A stretch of DNA of 54,245 nt from positions 1 through 54,245 of the IMG/VR virus record IMGVR_UViG_3300046170_000042. One strand, 5' to 3'. A program made the position numbers and the translations under genes. The notes under the pieces are model-generated. The model had not been told where the DNA came from and ran no database searches. It saw only the letters and a list, made by a program, of their open reading frames with translations. Source of the DNA: a virus (lineage: Duplodnaviria; Caudoviricetes). This document shows positions 17,832 to 27,898 of the stretch, one piece after another; position 1 is the first letter of the stretch; each line of letters starts with the position of its first letter.

Positions 17832-20800
17832 ATGACAGAATCACGTAATAGAGATTTAGCTACAAGTATAGGTGCGGCAGTTGCGTCTGACAACATTGCA
17901 ACTGACGGTACACTTGCTATCAGTGGTGTTGTTACCTATACTAATCTCTCTGACTTACCAAGTTCAGGTGTTAGTGCAGGTGACTTAGGATTTGTTACAG
18001 CAAACAACGGTTTGTACATTAGGGGTTCATCAGGTTGGTATGTAATAGCACTTATCAATACATCACCTTCATATACTACATCTCCTGACTCATCTTATGA
18101 CTTAGCTACAGATGGTAGCACAACAACTGTAATCACAATAGTTGCTACTGACCCTGAAGGTTTTACTATTACATATAGTGTTACAGCAGATAGTGATTTT
18201 AATGGGCTTGCTACTGTAGCACAAGGTACAGGTAACAATACAAATGTATTTACAGTTACACCTAAAGCAGAGGGTGTTGCTACAACTACAAGTGGTACAT
18301 TAACTTTTAGAGCAACAGATGGCGTAAATAACACAGATGTTGTCTCTACATTTAATTTAACTTTTGGAAGCATTATTATAGGTAATAGACATACTTTAGT
18401 TCTCGCAAAAGCAAGCGGAAATAATGGAAATAACTTAACATTTACAGATGCTTCTTCAAGCTCTCACACAATTACACCAAGTGGAAATGTACAGGGGCAA
18501 ACGTTTTCTCCCTATAGGTCTGGTGGGTATTGCACTAATTTTGATGGTAGTGGCGACCAGATTAGTGTAACTACACCTGATAGCACTTTTAATTTTGGGA
18601 CTGGTGATTTTACTGTAGAAACGTGGTTTTGGATTGATAGTGCTTCTAGTTCTGAACCAACTATGTTTGAGTTAAACACAACTCCTTATAGTGATTCTTT
18701 TATCGTTAACCATCGAGATGGCTATGGAATTGCGGCATATTTAAATAGTAGTAGTATCGGTGGCGCACTACATGGTCACGATGATAATACTATGGGTAGC
18801 GAGGCTTCTGTAGCTAGTACTGACTGGACGCATCTTGCTATCGTAAGAAATGGAAATACTATTACATTATATTTAAATGGTATATCGGTATCTTCAGGTA
18901 GTTACTCTACAGATTTTACAAATCAATCGGAGATAATATTTGGTGGTAGTAACAATGGGAATTTTATTGGAAAATTATTCGATTTAAGAATAGTTAAAGG
19001 AACAGCAGTATACACTGCTAATTTTACACCACCAGCTACATTTTTAGAAAATATTTCTGGAACATCTTTACTTACCTTCCGCACAGCAGTGCCTTATGAC
19101 GAATCAGATAATTCTCATGCTCTTACTTTTGCTGGCAACCCTACAACACTTCCGCAGACTACAATTTATGACTATTTTAATTATTCTACTTCCAACCATT
19201 CTGGTTCAGTATACTTAAATGGTAGTGGCGACTACTTAACTATTCCTTGGAGCAGTGACTTTGAATTTGGTTCTGGGGATTTTACCATTGAAATGTGGTA
19301 TAATTTAAGTGATATAGAAGGACTTATTAGTTGGGGACCAGATGTAAACAATAGATTTGATATAACTGGAACAAGTCAGACAATATTAAGAGTTTTATAT
19401 ACTCATGCTAGTCATACGAATTTTGATAATCGCAATGGTGTTCCAACTGCTAATACTTGGCAACATTTTGCTTGCGCTAGAGAAAATGATAATCTTAGAT
19501 ACTTTATTAATGGAGTTCTTCAAGCGACTGTTGCTATGTCTACTGGGGCAGTTATGCCTAATGATTCTAGTAATGGTATCTCGATAGGTGTGAGAAGGTA
19601 TGGTACTACAAAATCGGATTATTCTGTAGGATACATTTCAAATCTTAGAATATTAAAAGGCACGGCACTATATACAGCTACGTTTACTCCCCCTGCCTCT
19701 TCGCTAGGTGCTATCACAAATACAAAACTTTTAGCATTTCAAGGAAACGGTTTATCTATATTTGACTCTTCTCAGAGTACTCGTTTAATACACGGTACTA
19801 ATATTAAATCATCTACAGCGCAAACAAAAAATGCTTCATCCTCTATAGTTTTTGATGATTCTGGAGATGGTCTGACAGGAGAAATAGAGGCTCTAGGTAC
19901 TGGGTCATTTACTATAGAAGGATGGTTTTATGCAGGAGCGCAAGGAAGTAATAATAGAATTTTTACTACAGGTGGTAATAATCATGCTGGTGGATTTAGT
20001 TTAGTTTTAAGAACTACTGGAAATTTACAATTACAAGGGCCGGGTGGAACATCATTATATCAATCAGGTGCTTATGCTGACAGTGCATGGCATCATTTTG
20101 CACTTGTAAAGATTGATGGTAGTAATACACTTACAGCAAATCAATTTAGATTTTTTATTGATGGAGCATCTGTCTACTCATCAGGAAGTTTTAGCACAAA
20201 CTTGACTGCAACAAATTTATACATTGGTCACTCAAATGGCTCATTTGAATTTGGTGGTTATATAGAAGATTTTAGAATCTCAAAAGGTATAGCAAGATAT
20301 CCTTTTGCTATATTGCCAGCAACATTAACAAGTGACAGCAATACATTTTTACTTGCTTGTCATTCTGATAGTGCTACAACCGCTGTTGGCGATTGGACTG
20401 TAACAACACCCGATTCAAGCGCACCAACAGTAAGTAATTTTGCTCCTTTTGCAGGTGGTAAATCTTTAAGATTTACTTCTAATGATGATATGCTATTATT
20501 TACTCATACAGGAAGTTCATCGGATTATCGAATAGGAGATAGAAACGATAATGCCGCAGGTAATTTTTCTATAGAATTTTGGGCATATTATGATGCTGCT
20601 TCTATAGGAGGTACTACTTATATGTTTTCTAATTATGGTGGTGGGGCTGGTGCGGCTAATAATCAAACTATAATGCTTGGTTATAGGACAACAGGAACTA
20701 ATTTACTACAATATAGAGTGAATAGTGCTAGTGGTTCTAATGGTAGTAATGCTACACAAATTACGAATGGAGCAACTTTCCAAACATGGACGCATCATTA

Positions 20801-21068
20801 TATAGTGCAAGAATACGATAGTAGTAATTCAAATACCTATGTTGCATATTATATAGATGGTGTTCGTGTACACAACTATACTAAAACTTCAAATGAACCA
20901 CTAGACATGCAACGTTTTGTAATAGGGAGTGGCACAGGCAGTGGGTCTAGCGGTGGCAATTATTGGAATGGGTATATATCTAATTTTAGAATACAGACAG
21001 GAACAGTAGCATTTCCTAATACTGCTCAACTTAAATACACATTACCCACTGCAGAACTAGAGGGTTAA
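17832..21068 (+). CDS. Large fibre / receptor-binding protein with repeated LamG (ConA-like) domains
   Basis: Four repeats of FT(V/I)E.W...W.H.A...GYIS(N/D).RI. Confidence 0.85.
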   Translation: MTESRNRDLATSIGAAVASDNIATDGTLAISGVVTYTNLSDLPSSGVSAGDLGFVTANNGLYIRGSSGWYVIALINTSPSYTTSPDSSYDLATDGSTTTVITIVATDPEGFTITYSVTADSDFNGLATVAQGTGNNTNVFTVTPKAEGVATTTSGTLTFRATDGVNNTDVVSTFNLTFGSIIIGNRHTLVLAKASGNNGNNLTFTDASSSSHTITPSGNVQGQTFSPYRSGGYCTNFDGSGDQISVTTPDSTFNFGTGDFTVETWFWIDSASSSEPTMFELNTTPYSDSFIVNHRDGYGIAAYLNSSSIGGALHGHDDNTMGSEASVASTDWTHLAIVRNGNTITLYLNGISVSSGSYSTDFTNQSEIIFGGSNNGNFIGKLFDLRIVKGTAVYTANFTPPATFLENISGTSLLTFRTAVPYDESDNSHALTFAGNPTTLPQTTIYDYFNYSTSNHSGSVYLNGSGDYLTIPWSSDFEFGSGDFTIEMWYNLSDIEGLISWGPDVNNRFDITGTSQTILRVLYTHASHTNFDNRNGVPTANTWQHFACARENDNLRYFINGVLQATVAMSTGAVMPNDSSNGISIGVRRYGTTKSDYSVGYISNLRILKGTALYTATFTPPASSLGAITNTKLLAFQGNGLSIFDSSQSTRLIHGTNIKSSTAQTKNASSSIVFDDSGDGLTGEIEALGTGSFTIEGWFYAGAQGSNNRIFTTGGNNHAGGFSLVLRTTGNLQLQGPGGTSLYQSGAYADSAWHHFALVKIDGSNTLTANQFRFFIDGASVYSSGSFSTNLTATNLYIGHSNGSFEFGGYIEDFRISKGIARYPFAILPATLTSDSNTFLLACHSDSATTAVGDWTVTTPDSSAPTVSNFAPFAGGKSLRFTSNDDMLLFTHTGSSSDYRIGDRNDNAAGNFSIEFWAYYDAASIGGTTYMFSNYGGGAGAANNQTIMLGYRTTGTNLLQYRVNSASGSNGSNATQITNGATFQTWTHHYIVQEYDSSNSNTYVAYYIDGVRVHNYTKTSNEPLDMQRFVIGSGTGSGSSGGNYWNGYISNFRIQTGTVAFPNTAQLKYTLPTAELEG

Positions 21069-21072
21069 TATA

Positions 21073-21303
21073 ATGCCAGAAAGTAGAAACAGAGACATAG
21101 CAACAAGTGCTGGTCAAGCTGTTGCTAATGATATTATAGCAACTGATGGTTCGCTAACAGGCAATGTAGTAACTGCTTATACCAATGCTTCAGACATACC
21201 AGCATCAGCGAGTGTAGGTGACATGGCTTACGTAACTAGCACAAACAAACTATTCTTTTGGCGAGGTGCATGGTACGGTATTACTATAGGTGACGCAGTA
21301 TGA
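21073..21303 (+). CDS. 76-aa paralogue of the N-terminal module of the LamG fibre
   Basis: MPESRNRDIATS vs MTESRNRDLATS; alignment continues to the WY motif. Confidence 0.8.
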   Translation: MPESRNRDIATSAGQAVANDIIATDGSLTGNVVTAYTNASDIPASASVGDMAYVTSTNKLFFWRGAWYGITIGDAV

Positions 21304-22904
21304 CGTTCTCTATTGCTCCTTTTTCCTCTGCTCCGTTTTCTGCTGAAGCAGGTAGAATATTAACAGCGGATGCATCCGTATCGGGTTCAGCATCTGTTAG
21401 TGTCGTAGGAGTAAGAGTACAACCTGCAGGTGCTAGTGTATCAGGCGCAGGTACAGTATCAGAAAGTTCCGTAAGAATACATAATTCTTCTGCATCAGTT
21501 TCGGGTGCAGGTACACAGTCTAACACTGCCGTTGCAATACTAGTTGTCGGTGCTTCAATATCTGCAAATGGCACATCAACTTCTATAGGCACAGGTCTAA
21601 GACCGGGTGAATCGCAGATATCTGGTGTAGGTACAGTATCTGCAGTAGCTACTTTAAAAGCAGTAGTTGATGCATCTGCATCAGGTGCAGGTACAGTTTC
21701 AGCAACAGAGGCTGAAATATCAAAAGGTGAAGCATCAGTATCTGGTGCAGGTAGTGTAAGTTCTACTGCCGTAAGAGTACAATCTGCTGTATCAAGTATT
21801 TCAGGTGCAGGTACAGTATCAAGTACTGCAACATTATTAGGTGTAGTAAGTTCATCTGTATCAGGTGCAGGTACAACATCAAGTACTGCTACACAAAGAT
21901 TTGTAGGTGAAGCATCTGTATCGGGTAGCGCAAGTGCTACAGCTATTCCAGCACAAGAAGCAGAAGCTAGTGTATCAGGTTCAGCAAGTGTATCTAGCGT
22001 TGGTACATTACGCACTTTAGGTACAGGAAGTGTTTCAGGTGCAGGTACTACAAACACAGCAGACGTAACAGTTAGACAAGTTGCTTTCGCTAGTGTGTCG
22101 GGTTCAGCATCTGTTAGTGCTGATACTACATCAACTGCTAGTGCATCTATATCAGGTTCAGCAACTGTAAGCACTACAGGAACATTACTTGCAAATGTAC
22201 AATCAAGTGTTAGTGGTGCAGGTACACAATCTAATACGGCTGTTGGAGTATTTGTAGCAAATGTAAGTGTATCTGCATCTGGTACATCTAGTTCAAATGG
22301 TACAGGTTTACTAGATGGTGACACAGCTATCAATGGTGTTGCTACAGTTTCGAGTGAAGCTACATTAAAAGCTAAAGGTATTACATCTGTAAGTGGTGCA
22401 ACAACTGTATCAGCAATTGCAGATAGGTTAAAAGATGTAGACAGTTCAGTATCAGGCGCAGGTACAACATCTAGTTCTGCAGATAGAGTTGCTAATGCTG
22501 ACAGTTCTGTATTCGGTGCAGGTACAACAGCTATTACACCAAACCATATACAACCTGTTGATAGCAGTGTAGATGGTTCAGCTACAGTTATATCACTAGC
22601 TACTAGAAGATTATTAGACAGTAGTTCAGTATCAGGCACGGGTACTACAAGCGGTGATGCTATTGTTGTTAAACTTGTTAGTGCGACAATTACAGGAATT
22701 GGTTCTACTGCTGGTGACAGCATAAAAATAACTTATGAAGCAATAAGAGATTTTTACACCAGAGAAAGAACTGTGTTTGTAGAATCAAGAAGCGATGATA
22801 CACCAATAGATAGAAGAGTATTTGTATTAGGGCAAAATAGAAAAGTTATTGTACCGTCACGGGTAGACCGTACTAGTTCATCCAGACGTGTGAGTGTAAG
22901 ATAA
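21300..22904 (+). CDS. Ser/Ala/Gly/Val-rich repeat fibre protein
   Basis: About 22 degenerate ~20-aa repeats centred on SVSG(A/S)(G/A)T; FSIAPFS N-terminus. Confidence 0.8.
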   Translation: MTFSIAPFSSAPFSAEAGRILTADASVSGSASVSVVGVRVQPAGASVSGAGTVSESSVRIHNSSASVSGAGTQSNTAVAILVVGASISANGTSTSIGTGLRPGESQISGVGTVSAVATLKAVVDASASGAGTVSATEAEISKGEASVSGAGSVSSTAVRVQSAVSSISGAGTVSSTATLLGVVSSSVSGAGTTSSTATQRFVGEASVSGSASATAIPAQEAEASVSGSASVSSVGTLRTLGTGSVSGAGTTNTADVTVRQVAFASVSGSASVSADTTSTASASISGSATVSTTGTLLANVQSSVSGAGTQSNTAVGVFVANVSVSASGTSSSNGTGLLDGDTAINGVATVSSEATLKAKGITSVSGATTVSAIADRLKDVDSSVSGAGTTSSSADRVANADSSVFGAGTTAITPNHIQPVDSSVDGSATVISLATRRLLDSSSVSGTGTTSGDAIVVKLVSATITGIGSTAGDSIKITYEAIRDFYTRERTVFVESRSDDTPIDRRVFVLGQNRKVIVPSRVDRTSSSRRVSVR

Positions 22905-22919
22905 ATAAGGAGATAAATA

Positions 22920-23243
22920 ATGGCTTTAAGATGGCCTAATAAAGACCCCGATGAAACACTAGACTATAGTATAGATTGGAGTAGGTTTTTAAGAACAGGT
23001 ACAACTATATCTCAAGTTATTTGGTTTGTAAAAAATGAAAATGACGTTAAAACACGCTTTGACGCAGGAACAACTGTTAACGGTTTAACAAGCACAGCAC
23101 AAACTATATCTACAAATGGTACAGTAGCATCTATATTTTTATCTGGGGGAACTACTTCTAAGTATACTCTATTTTGTAATATGACGGATAACAGAGGTGT
23201 TACAGCAGAACGTAGCGTAACGATTTTTATAAGAGAGCAATAA
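22920..23243 (+). CDS. Fibre-tail adaptor-like protein
   Basis: KDPDETLDYSIDW motif. Confidence 0.7.
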   Translation: MALRWPNKDPDETLDYSIDWSRFLRTGTTISQVIWFVKNENDVKTRFDAGTTVNGLTSTAQTISTNGTVASIFLSGGTTSKYTLFCNMTDNRGVTAERSVTIFIREQ

Positions 23244-23244
23244 T

Positions 23245-23955
23245 ATGGCCTATGATTTTTTAGGATTAGTTAATCAAGTAAACAGAAGATTAAATGAGGT
23301 TGAGTTAACTACTGATAACTTTGCCACAGCTACGGGTTTCTATGCTCATGCTAAAGATGCAGTTAATTCAGCTATTAGAGATATCAATCAAATTGAATAT
23401 AACTGGCCTTTTAATCATGTAGAAGAAGAGGAAGATGTTTCTGTAAATACAATGCGTTACGAATTTGCGTCTGATGCAAAAACGGTTTCAATGGATACAT
23501 TCAGAATAAAAGAAAGCAGTACGTTAGGGGTAGCAACAAAAAAATTAAAGCATATATCATATGAAGAATACCTTGACAAATATATACACTTAGAATATAA
23601 TAATAATAATACAGGTGTTCCAGATTATGTGTTTCGCGCACCTAATTTACAATATGGATTAGTACCTGCTCCCGATAAAGCCTATACTATTATTTATGAG
23701 TATTATGTATTTCCAAGCGATTTAGAATTACAAGACGATATACCTTCCATACCTGAAAGATTTGCACATGTTATTGTAAATGGTGCTATGTTTTATGCTT
23801 ATCTGTTTAGAGGAAATACACAAGATTCTTTAGTAGCAAAAGAAAAATTTGAAGAAGGCTTAAAAAGTATGAGAAGTTTATTAATTAATCGTTATGACTA
23901 TGTGCGTTCTAATATGATAAACAGAAATACGTTTGCGTCAAACATACTTTCTTAA
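23245..23955 (+). CDS. Head-tail adaptor / tail tubular protein A-like
   Basis: FLGLVNQVNRRLNE, WPF, P.PDKAY, IPERF motifs. Confidence 0.75.
   Translation: MAYDFLGLVNQVNRRLNEVELTTDNFATATGFYAHAKDAVNSAIRDINQIEYNWPFNHVEEEEDVSVNTMRYEFASDAKTVSMDTFRIKESSTLGVATKKLKHISYEEYLDKYIHLEYNNNNTGVPDYVFRAPNLQYGLVPAPDKAYTIIYEYYVFPSDLELQDDIPSIPERFAHVIVNGAMFYAYLFRGNTQDSLVAKEKFEEGLKSMRSLLINRYDYVRSNMINRNTFASNILS
23573..23601 (+). promoter_or_regulatory. Perfect sigma70 consensus inside the adaptor gene
   Basis: TTGACA(23573-78)-17 nt-TATAAT(23596-601). Confidence 0.45.
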
Positions 23956-23962
23956 TTTTTAC

Positions 23963-23992
23963 TTGACAAAATAATTAAAATGGATACAACTA
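23963..23992 (+). promoter_or_regulatory. Putative promoter, TTGACA-N16-TACAACTA
   Basis: Fills the intergenic gap before the 23993 ATG; same motif as 670 and 13889. Confidence 0.45.
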
Positions 23993-25528
23993 ATGGCAGA
24001 CGCATGGCAAACTTTTCCAATACAGTTTCAAGGTGGATTAATAACTAATATCAGTCCTGTACAGTTAGGTCTTCAATCACCGGGTGCAGCAACCACGTTA
24101 AGAAACTTTGAACCGTCTGTAGAAGGAGGGTACAAAAAAGTATTAGGGTACACAAAGTATGATAGCAACGCTTTAACAGGAAGTGGTGTAATAAGAGGAG
24201 TATTTTTATTTGGGGCTGATGTACTAGCAGCCAGAGGAACTCACTTATACAAATCTGCAGGTAGTGGTTGGACACAATTAACAGATAGTGGTTCTTTTAG
24301 TAGTACAGGTATTACGTTAGGCGGTTCAGGTAAAGTAAGATTTGCAAAGTTTAACTTTAATGGAACAGAAAAAGTTTTAATTACCGACGGTAATGGTAAA
24401 CCTTTTTTATATGACGGAACTACTTTTTCACAACTTACATCTTTAGGAACAGACTTTGTTGGTTGTAATAAGGTAATTATATTTAATACTCATGTAGTAT
24501 TTGTTAAAGGAACAAAACTTTTATATTCTGCACCTTTAGACCTAACCTTTACGTCAGCATCTGGTGCTGGTACAATTGATTTTACAGATACAATTACAGA
24601 TATTATAGAGTTTAGAGAACAACTTATAATATTTTCTAAAAGTAAAATTAAAAGAGTTAGCGGTGGGTTTACTGGTAACTTTGTACTTGAATCCGTATCA
24701 GATGATATGGGGTGCATTGCGGAAGATACAGCAAAAGAAGTAGCAGGAGATGTTGTATTTTTAGGACCTGATGGTTTACGTACATTAGGCGGTACAGAAA
24801 GAATAGGAGATTTTAATCTCGCATTAATATCTCGTAACATACAAAGAGAAGTTACAAAGTTTACAGATACGTTTACTAATTTTGCTAGTTTAGTAATCAG
24901 AGGAAAAAGCCAGTATAGAATATTTGCATATGAATCTACTATACCATCAACTTCTAGCGCAGGTTTACTAGCAACACAAACAGAGAATGGGTTTTCTTGG
25001 GCAGAACTTAGAGGGTTTAAAGTACACGTAGCACATAGCGAATATAAATCTATTACCGATAACGAAGTTATATATTTTGCTAATGATGATGGTTATGTAT
25101 ATCAAATGGAATCTGGATTTACTTTTGATACAGCAAATATAAATGCATCATATGTAGGACCTGATATATCAATTACAGACCCTAGAATTAGAAAGACATT
25201 ATATAAAGCAAACCTATATATTAAATCAGATGATAGTGTGTTAATTAAGTATGGCAATGTTACTGCTCAGTATGGTAGTTCAATATACTCACAAGCATCT
25301 TCTAGTTTTGACTTTAATGTTTTATTTGATTATAGTGAACAGAGTACAAATACAGTGCAACCAGATTTAATTACGCTTACAGGTAAATCACCTTTTCAAA
25401 ATAAATTTTCCTTTCCTTTAATTGGTTCGGGGTTTACCACAACAATACAGGTAAGTGCTAACAATGCACAACCATCTTTTTCTTTGGACTCTATAATGTT
25501 TGATTACACTAACCACGATAGGAGATAA
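23993..25528 (+). CDS. Tail nozzle / tail tubular protein B-like (beta-propeller)
   Basis: FQGGL N-terminus, GC..EDT..EVAGDVVFLGPDGLR; follows adaptor. Confidence 0.75.
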   Translation: MADAWQTFPIQFQGGLITNISPVQLGLQSPGAATTLRNFEPSVEGGYKKVLGYTKYDSNALTGSGVIRGVFLFGADVLAARGTHLYKSAGSGWTQLTDSGSFSSTGITLGGSGKVRFAKFNFNGTEKVLITDGNGKPFLYDGTTFSQLTSLGTDFVGCNKVIIFNTHVVFVKGTKLLYSAPLDLTFTSASGAGTIDFTDTITDIIEFREQLIIFSKSKIKRVSGGFTGNFVLESVSDDMGCIAEDTAKEVAGDVVFLGPDGLRTLGGTERIGDFNLALISRNIQREVTKFTDTFTNFASLVIRGKSQYRIFAYESTIPSTSSAGLLATQTENGFSWAELRGFKVHVAHSEYKSITDNEVIYFANDDGYVYQMESGFTFDTANINASYVGPDISITDPRIRKTLYKANLYIKSDDSVLIKYGNVTAQYGSSIYSQASSSFDFNVLFDYSEQSTNTVQPDLITLTGKSPFQNKFSFPLIGSGFTTTIQVSANNAQPSFSLDSIMFDYTNHDRR

Positions 25529-25530
25529 CA

Positions 25531-26415
25531 GTGGGCAACGAATACACAAGGCAAAGTTCATCTGCTATAGTGGATGGTTCAACTATACAAGCGGCAGATT
25601 TAAACAGCGAGTTTAATGCATTAGAAAACGCTTTCAGTAATAGTGCAGGACATACGCATGATGGAACTGCGGCTGAAGGTGGTAGAATAACTACCATAGG
25701 ACCAGCAGGTGAGTTTACTACAACTGCTACCGCTTTATCTCCAAGTACAACTAAAACAAAAGATTTAGGAACATTAACTGCGGCATATAGAGTTACGTAT
25801 ACTAACGGTGTTACAAGTACAGATGGAGATAATCTTGTATTAACACCGACAGGTACAGCTAATGTTGTTGTTGACGAGGTTACATTTAACGGTTCTAATC
25901 TTACCGCTACAAATAATCTGTCAATAAATAGTTTAACATTTCCTACAGTAGATGGCAGTGCAGGTCAAGTTATAAAAACAGACGGTTCTGGTAATTTAGA
26001 ATTTGCATCACTATCTAATACTGCAGGTACATTATCACAGTTAGCGGATGATACTTCACCGCAATTAGCTGGTAATCTTGATGTGCAAACACATTCAATA
26101 GTAAGCACATCAAATAGAAACATTAGTATAAGTCCTAACGGCACAGGTAAAGTTAGGATTGGTAATGGTGCTATTGAATATCCTAATACAGATGGAAGTA
26201 ATGGTCAAGTGCTTACTACTAACGGTGCTGGTGCATTAAGTTTTTCAACTATAACTCAAAACGGTTTTCCTACAGGTGGTAGCGGTTGGTCTGCAACAAC
26301 TGATGGCAGTAATAATTTAATTATTAGCTATGGTTCAAGCACCTTATTTAAGTTAACAACTACTGGAGCATTGACCGTAGAGGGTGATATTACTGCATTT
26401 GGCACTGTAGCATAA
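25531..26415 (+). CDS. Tail fibre protein
   Basis: YTRQS...I.A.DLN.EFN...GHTHDG anchor; DGS.GQV..T.G.G.L repeats; DTSPQLAGNLD. Confidence 0.8.
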   Translation: MGNEYTRQSSSAIVDGSTIQAADLNSEFNALENAFSNSAGHTHDGTAAEGGRITTIGPAGEFTTTATALSPSTTKTKDLGTLTAAYRVTYTNGVTSTDGDNLVLTPTGTANVVVDEVTFNGSNLTATNNLSINSLTFPTVDGSAGQVIKTDGSGNLEFASLSNTAGTLSQLADDTSPQLAGNLDVQTHSIVSTSNRNISISPNGTGKVRIGNGAIEYPNTDGSNGQVLTTNGAGALSFSTITQNGFPTGGSGWSATTDGSNNLIISYGSSTLFKLTTTGALTVEGDITAFGTVA

Positions 26416-26424
26416 GGAACTAAA

Positions 26425-27666
26425 ATGGCTTTACAATCTTCAGGAGCAATTAGTTTTAGAGACTTACAACAAGAGTATGGCGGTCCTGCTAACTCTAACG
26501 AAGGTTCTATTAGTTTAAGTCAATATTATGCAGGTGCAAGTGGTAATGGCACTACAACCGCAAAAGTGCCTACTAGTCCAGCATATTCTGAATCACTAGG
26601 AGCAGAAATAAATTGGAATAGTTCCTCTAATCCTCTGTATGGAGATACGGACACTAAATTTAGAATAGTAACATCCGATAATAAAACTTATTATGGTAGT
26701 AGAGAAGGCATTATAAGTTCTAGTAGAAATCCTCAATGGTATGGATGGGGTACAGTAACAGGTACAAATAGTAGTGTTACAGATAGTAGTAATTATAGAC
26801 TTTGGAACTCAGCAGGTGGTTGGAGTTTTAATGATGGAGATAATCAAATTCATCAAAGTCAACCTTTTATAGTAATTGTTACCTTAACTGCTAGTGGTTC
26901 TGGAAATACTAATGCAGGTGTAACAATTTCAGGCGCACATGCTGGTTCAAGTGATTTATATAATTCAGAAGGTGGAACAGGTGGAGTTGTAACAGGTTTA
27001 AATCTAGCAGATGGAGAAACATATACTGTTACTTATTTTTCTGATGATGGTATAACATTTTTTGGGGCAATTTTTACTAATGAAAGTACAAATATTAAAG
27101 TAACAAATTTTAAAGGAACATTTAAAATAAGGCAAGTTAATTTTCATTCTGTTAGAATACAACCTGCAAGCGATAGTACTGGAACTACTCAAAAACCAAT
27201 ACTTAAACAGTCACGGTCATCTCCAACAGGTGCGTATACGTATGGTGCAAGATTTGTTAATAATGGAACATTTGACTCTCATAGTAATCTAGGTGAAAAC
27301 GATTTAGATACATCTCCAAGTACATTTTCGGCTACATCTTTAGTAACTACTAAGCATAATTTTGCTGTTTTACCTCTTAAATCTCACTTACCTTCTGGTT
27401 CAGGTGTAGATTTATATACTAACTTTGAAGACTATATGCCTAAAACAACAATAGCCCAAGCGCAAGCAGGGGAAGATGGGGGCTTTATGAAGTGGGGTAC
27501 AAGTCATAGTGTTCCGTCATCTGGTACTGTTTCAATGAGCAATCATCATGGTGGATTTCAGGTAGCACCTGTTCCTACATTTATTATGCCTGATGGTAAA
27601 CAACATGGTATAACATTAACACAGAATGGTGTAGCCACAGCAACCGCAACAGGAGTAATAGTATAA
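26425..27666 (+). CDS. Putative fibre-tip adhesin
   Basis: MALQSSGAISF.DL..EYGG...ISLSQYY N-terminus; S/T/G-rich; follows tail fibre. Confidence 0.65.
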   Translation: MALQSSGAISFRDLQQEYGGPANSNEGSISLSQYYAGASGNGTTTAKVPTSPAYSESLGAEINWNSSSNPLYGDTDTKFRIVTSDNKTYYGSREGIISSSRNPQWYGWGTVTGTNSSVTDSSNYRLWNSAGGWSFNDGDNQIHQSQPFIVIVTLTASGSGNTNAGVTISGAHAGSSDLYNSEGGTGGVVTGLNLADGETYTVTYFSDDGITFFGAIFTNESTNIKVTNFKGTFKIRQVNFHSVRIQPASDSTGTTQKPILKQSRSSPTGAYTYGARFVNNGTFDSHSNLGENDLDTSPSTFSATSLVTTKHNFAVLPLKSHLPSGSGVDLYTNFEDYMPKTTIAQAQAGEDGGFMKWGTSHSVPSSGTVSMSNHHGGFQVAPVPTFIMPDGKQHGITLTQNGVATATATGVIV

Positions 27667-27896
27667 TGGAACTAGACGCAATGCTATTCTGGAACATAAT
27701 ACTAACAATGGTAATTGCACCAGCATTCTGGGCATTCCGTCAAATGTTTACTGAAGTTAAACGATTACAAATATTACTAAACAAAACTCGTGAAGACTAT
27801 GCTACCAAGAATGAACTACGTGATGACATGGATAGAGTTATGGAAGCACTACATAGAGTAGAAGATAAATTAGATAGAGCATTAGATAGGAAATAA
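27666..27896 (+). CDS. Small protein with N-terminal TM helix and coiled coil
   Basis: WNIILT...LLNKTRE.YATK...RVEDKLD. Confidence 0.7.
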   Translation: MELDAMLFWNIILTMVIAPAFWAFRQMFTEVKRLQILLNKTREDYATKNELRDDMDRVMEALHRVEDKLDRALDRK

Positions 27897-27898
27897 AT

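Noticed and set aside
21360-22700. Regularly spaced DNA repeats as a CRISPR array
   Set aside because: Repeats are degenerate, in frame and vary at third codon positions; they are protein repeats
21284-22723. 479-aa antisense ORF
   Set aside because: Shadow of the Ser/Ala/Gly/Val/Thr repeat gene; its codon usage leaves that reverse frame free of stops
15786-27666. Diversity-generating retroelement or invertase-switched fibres
   Set aside because: No reverse transcriptase, template/variable repeat pair or inverted cassette seen
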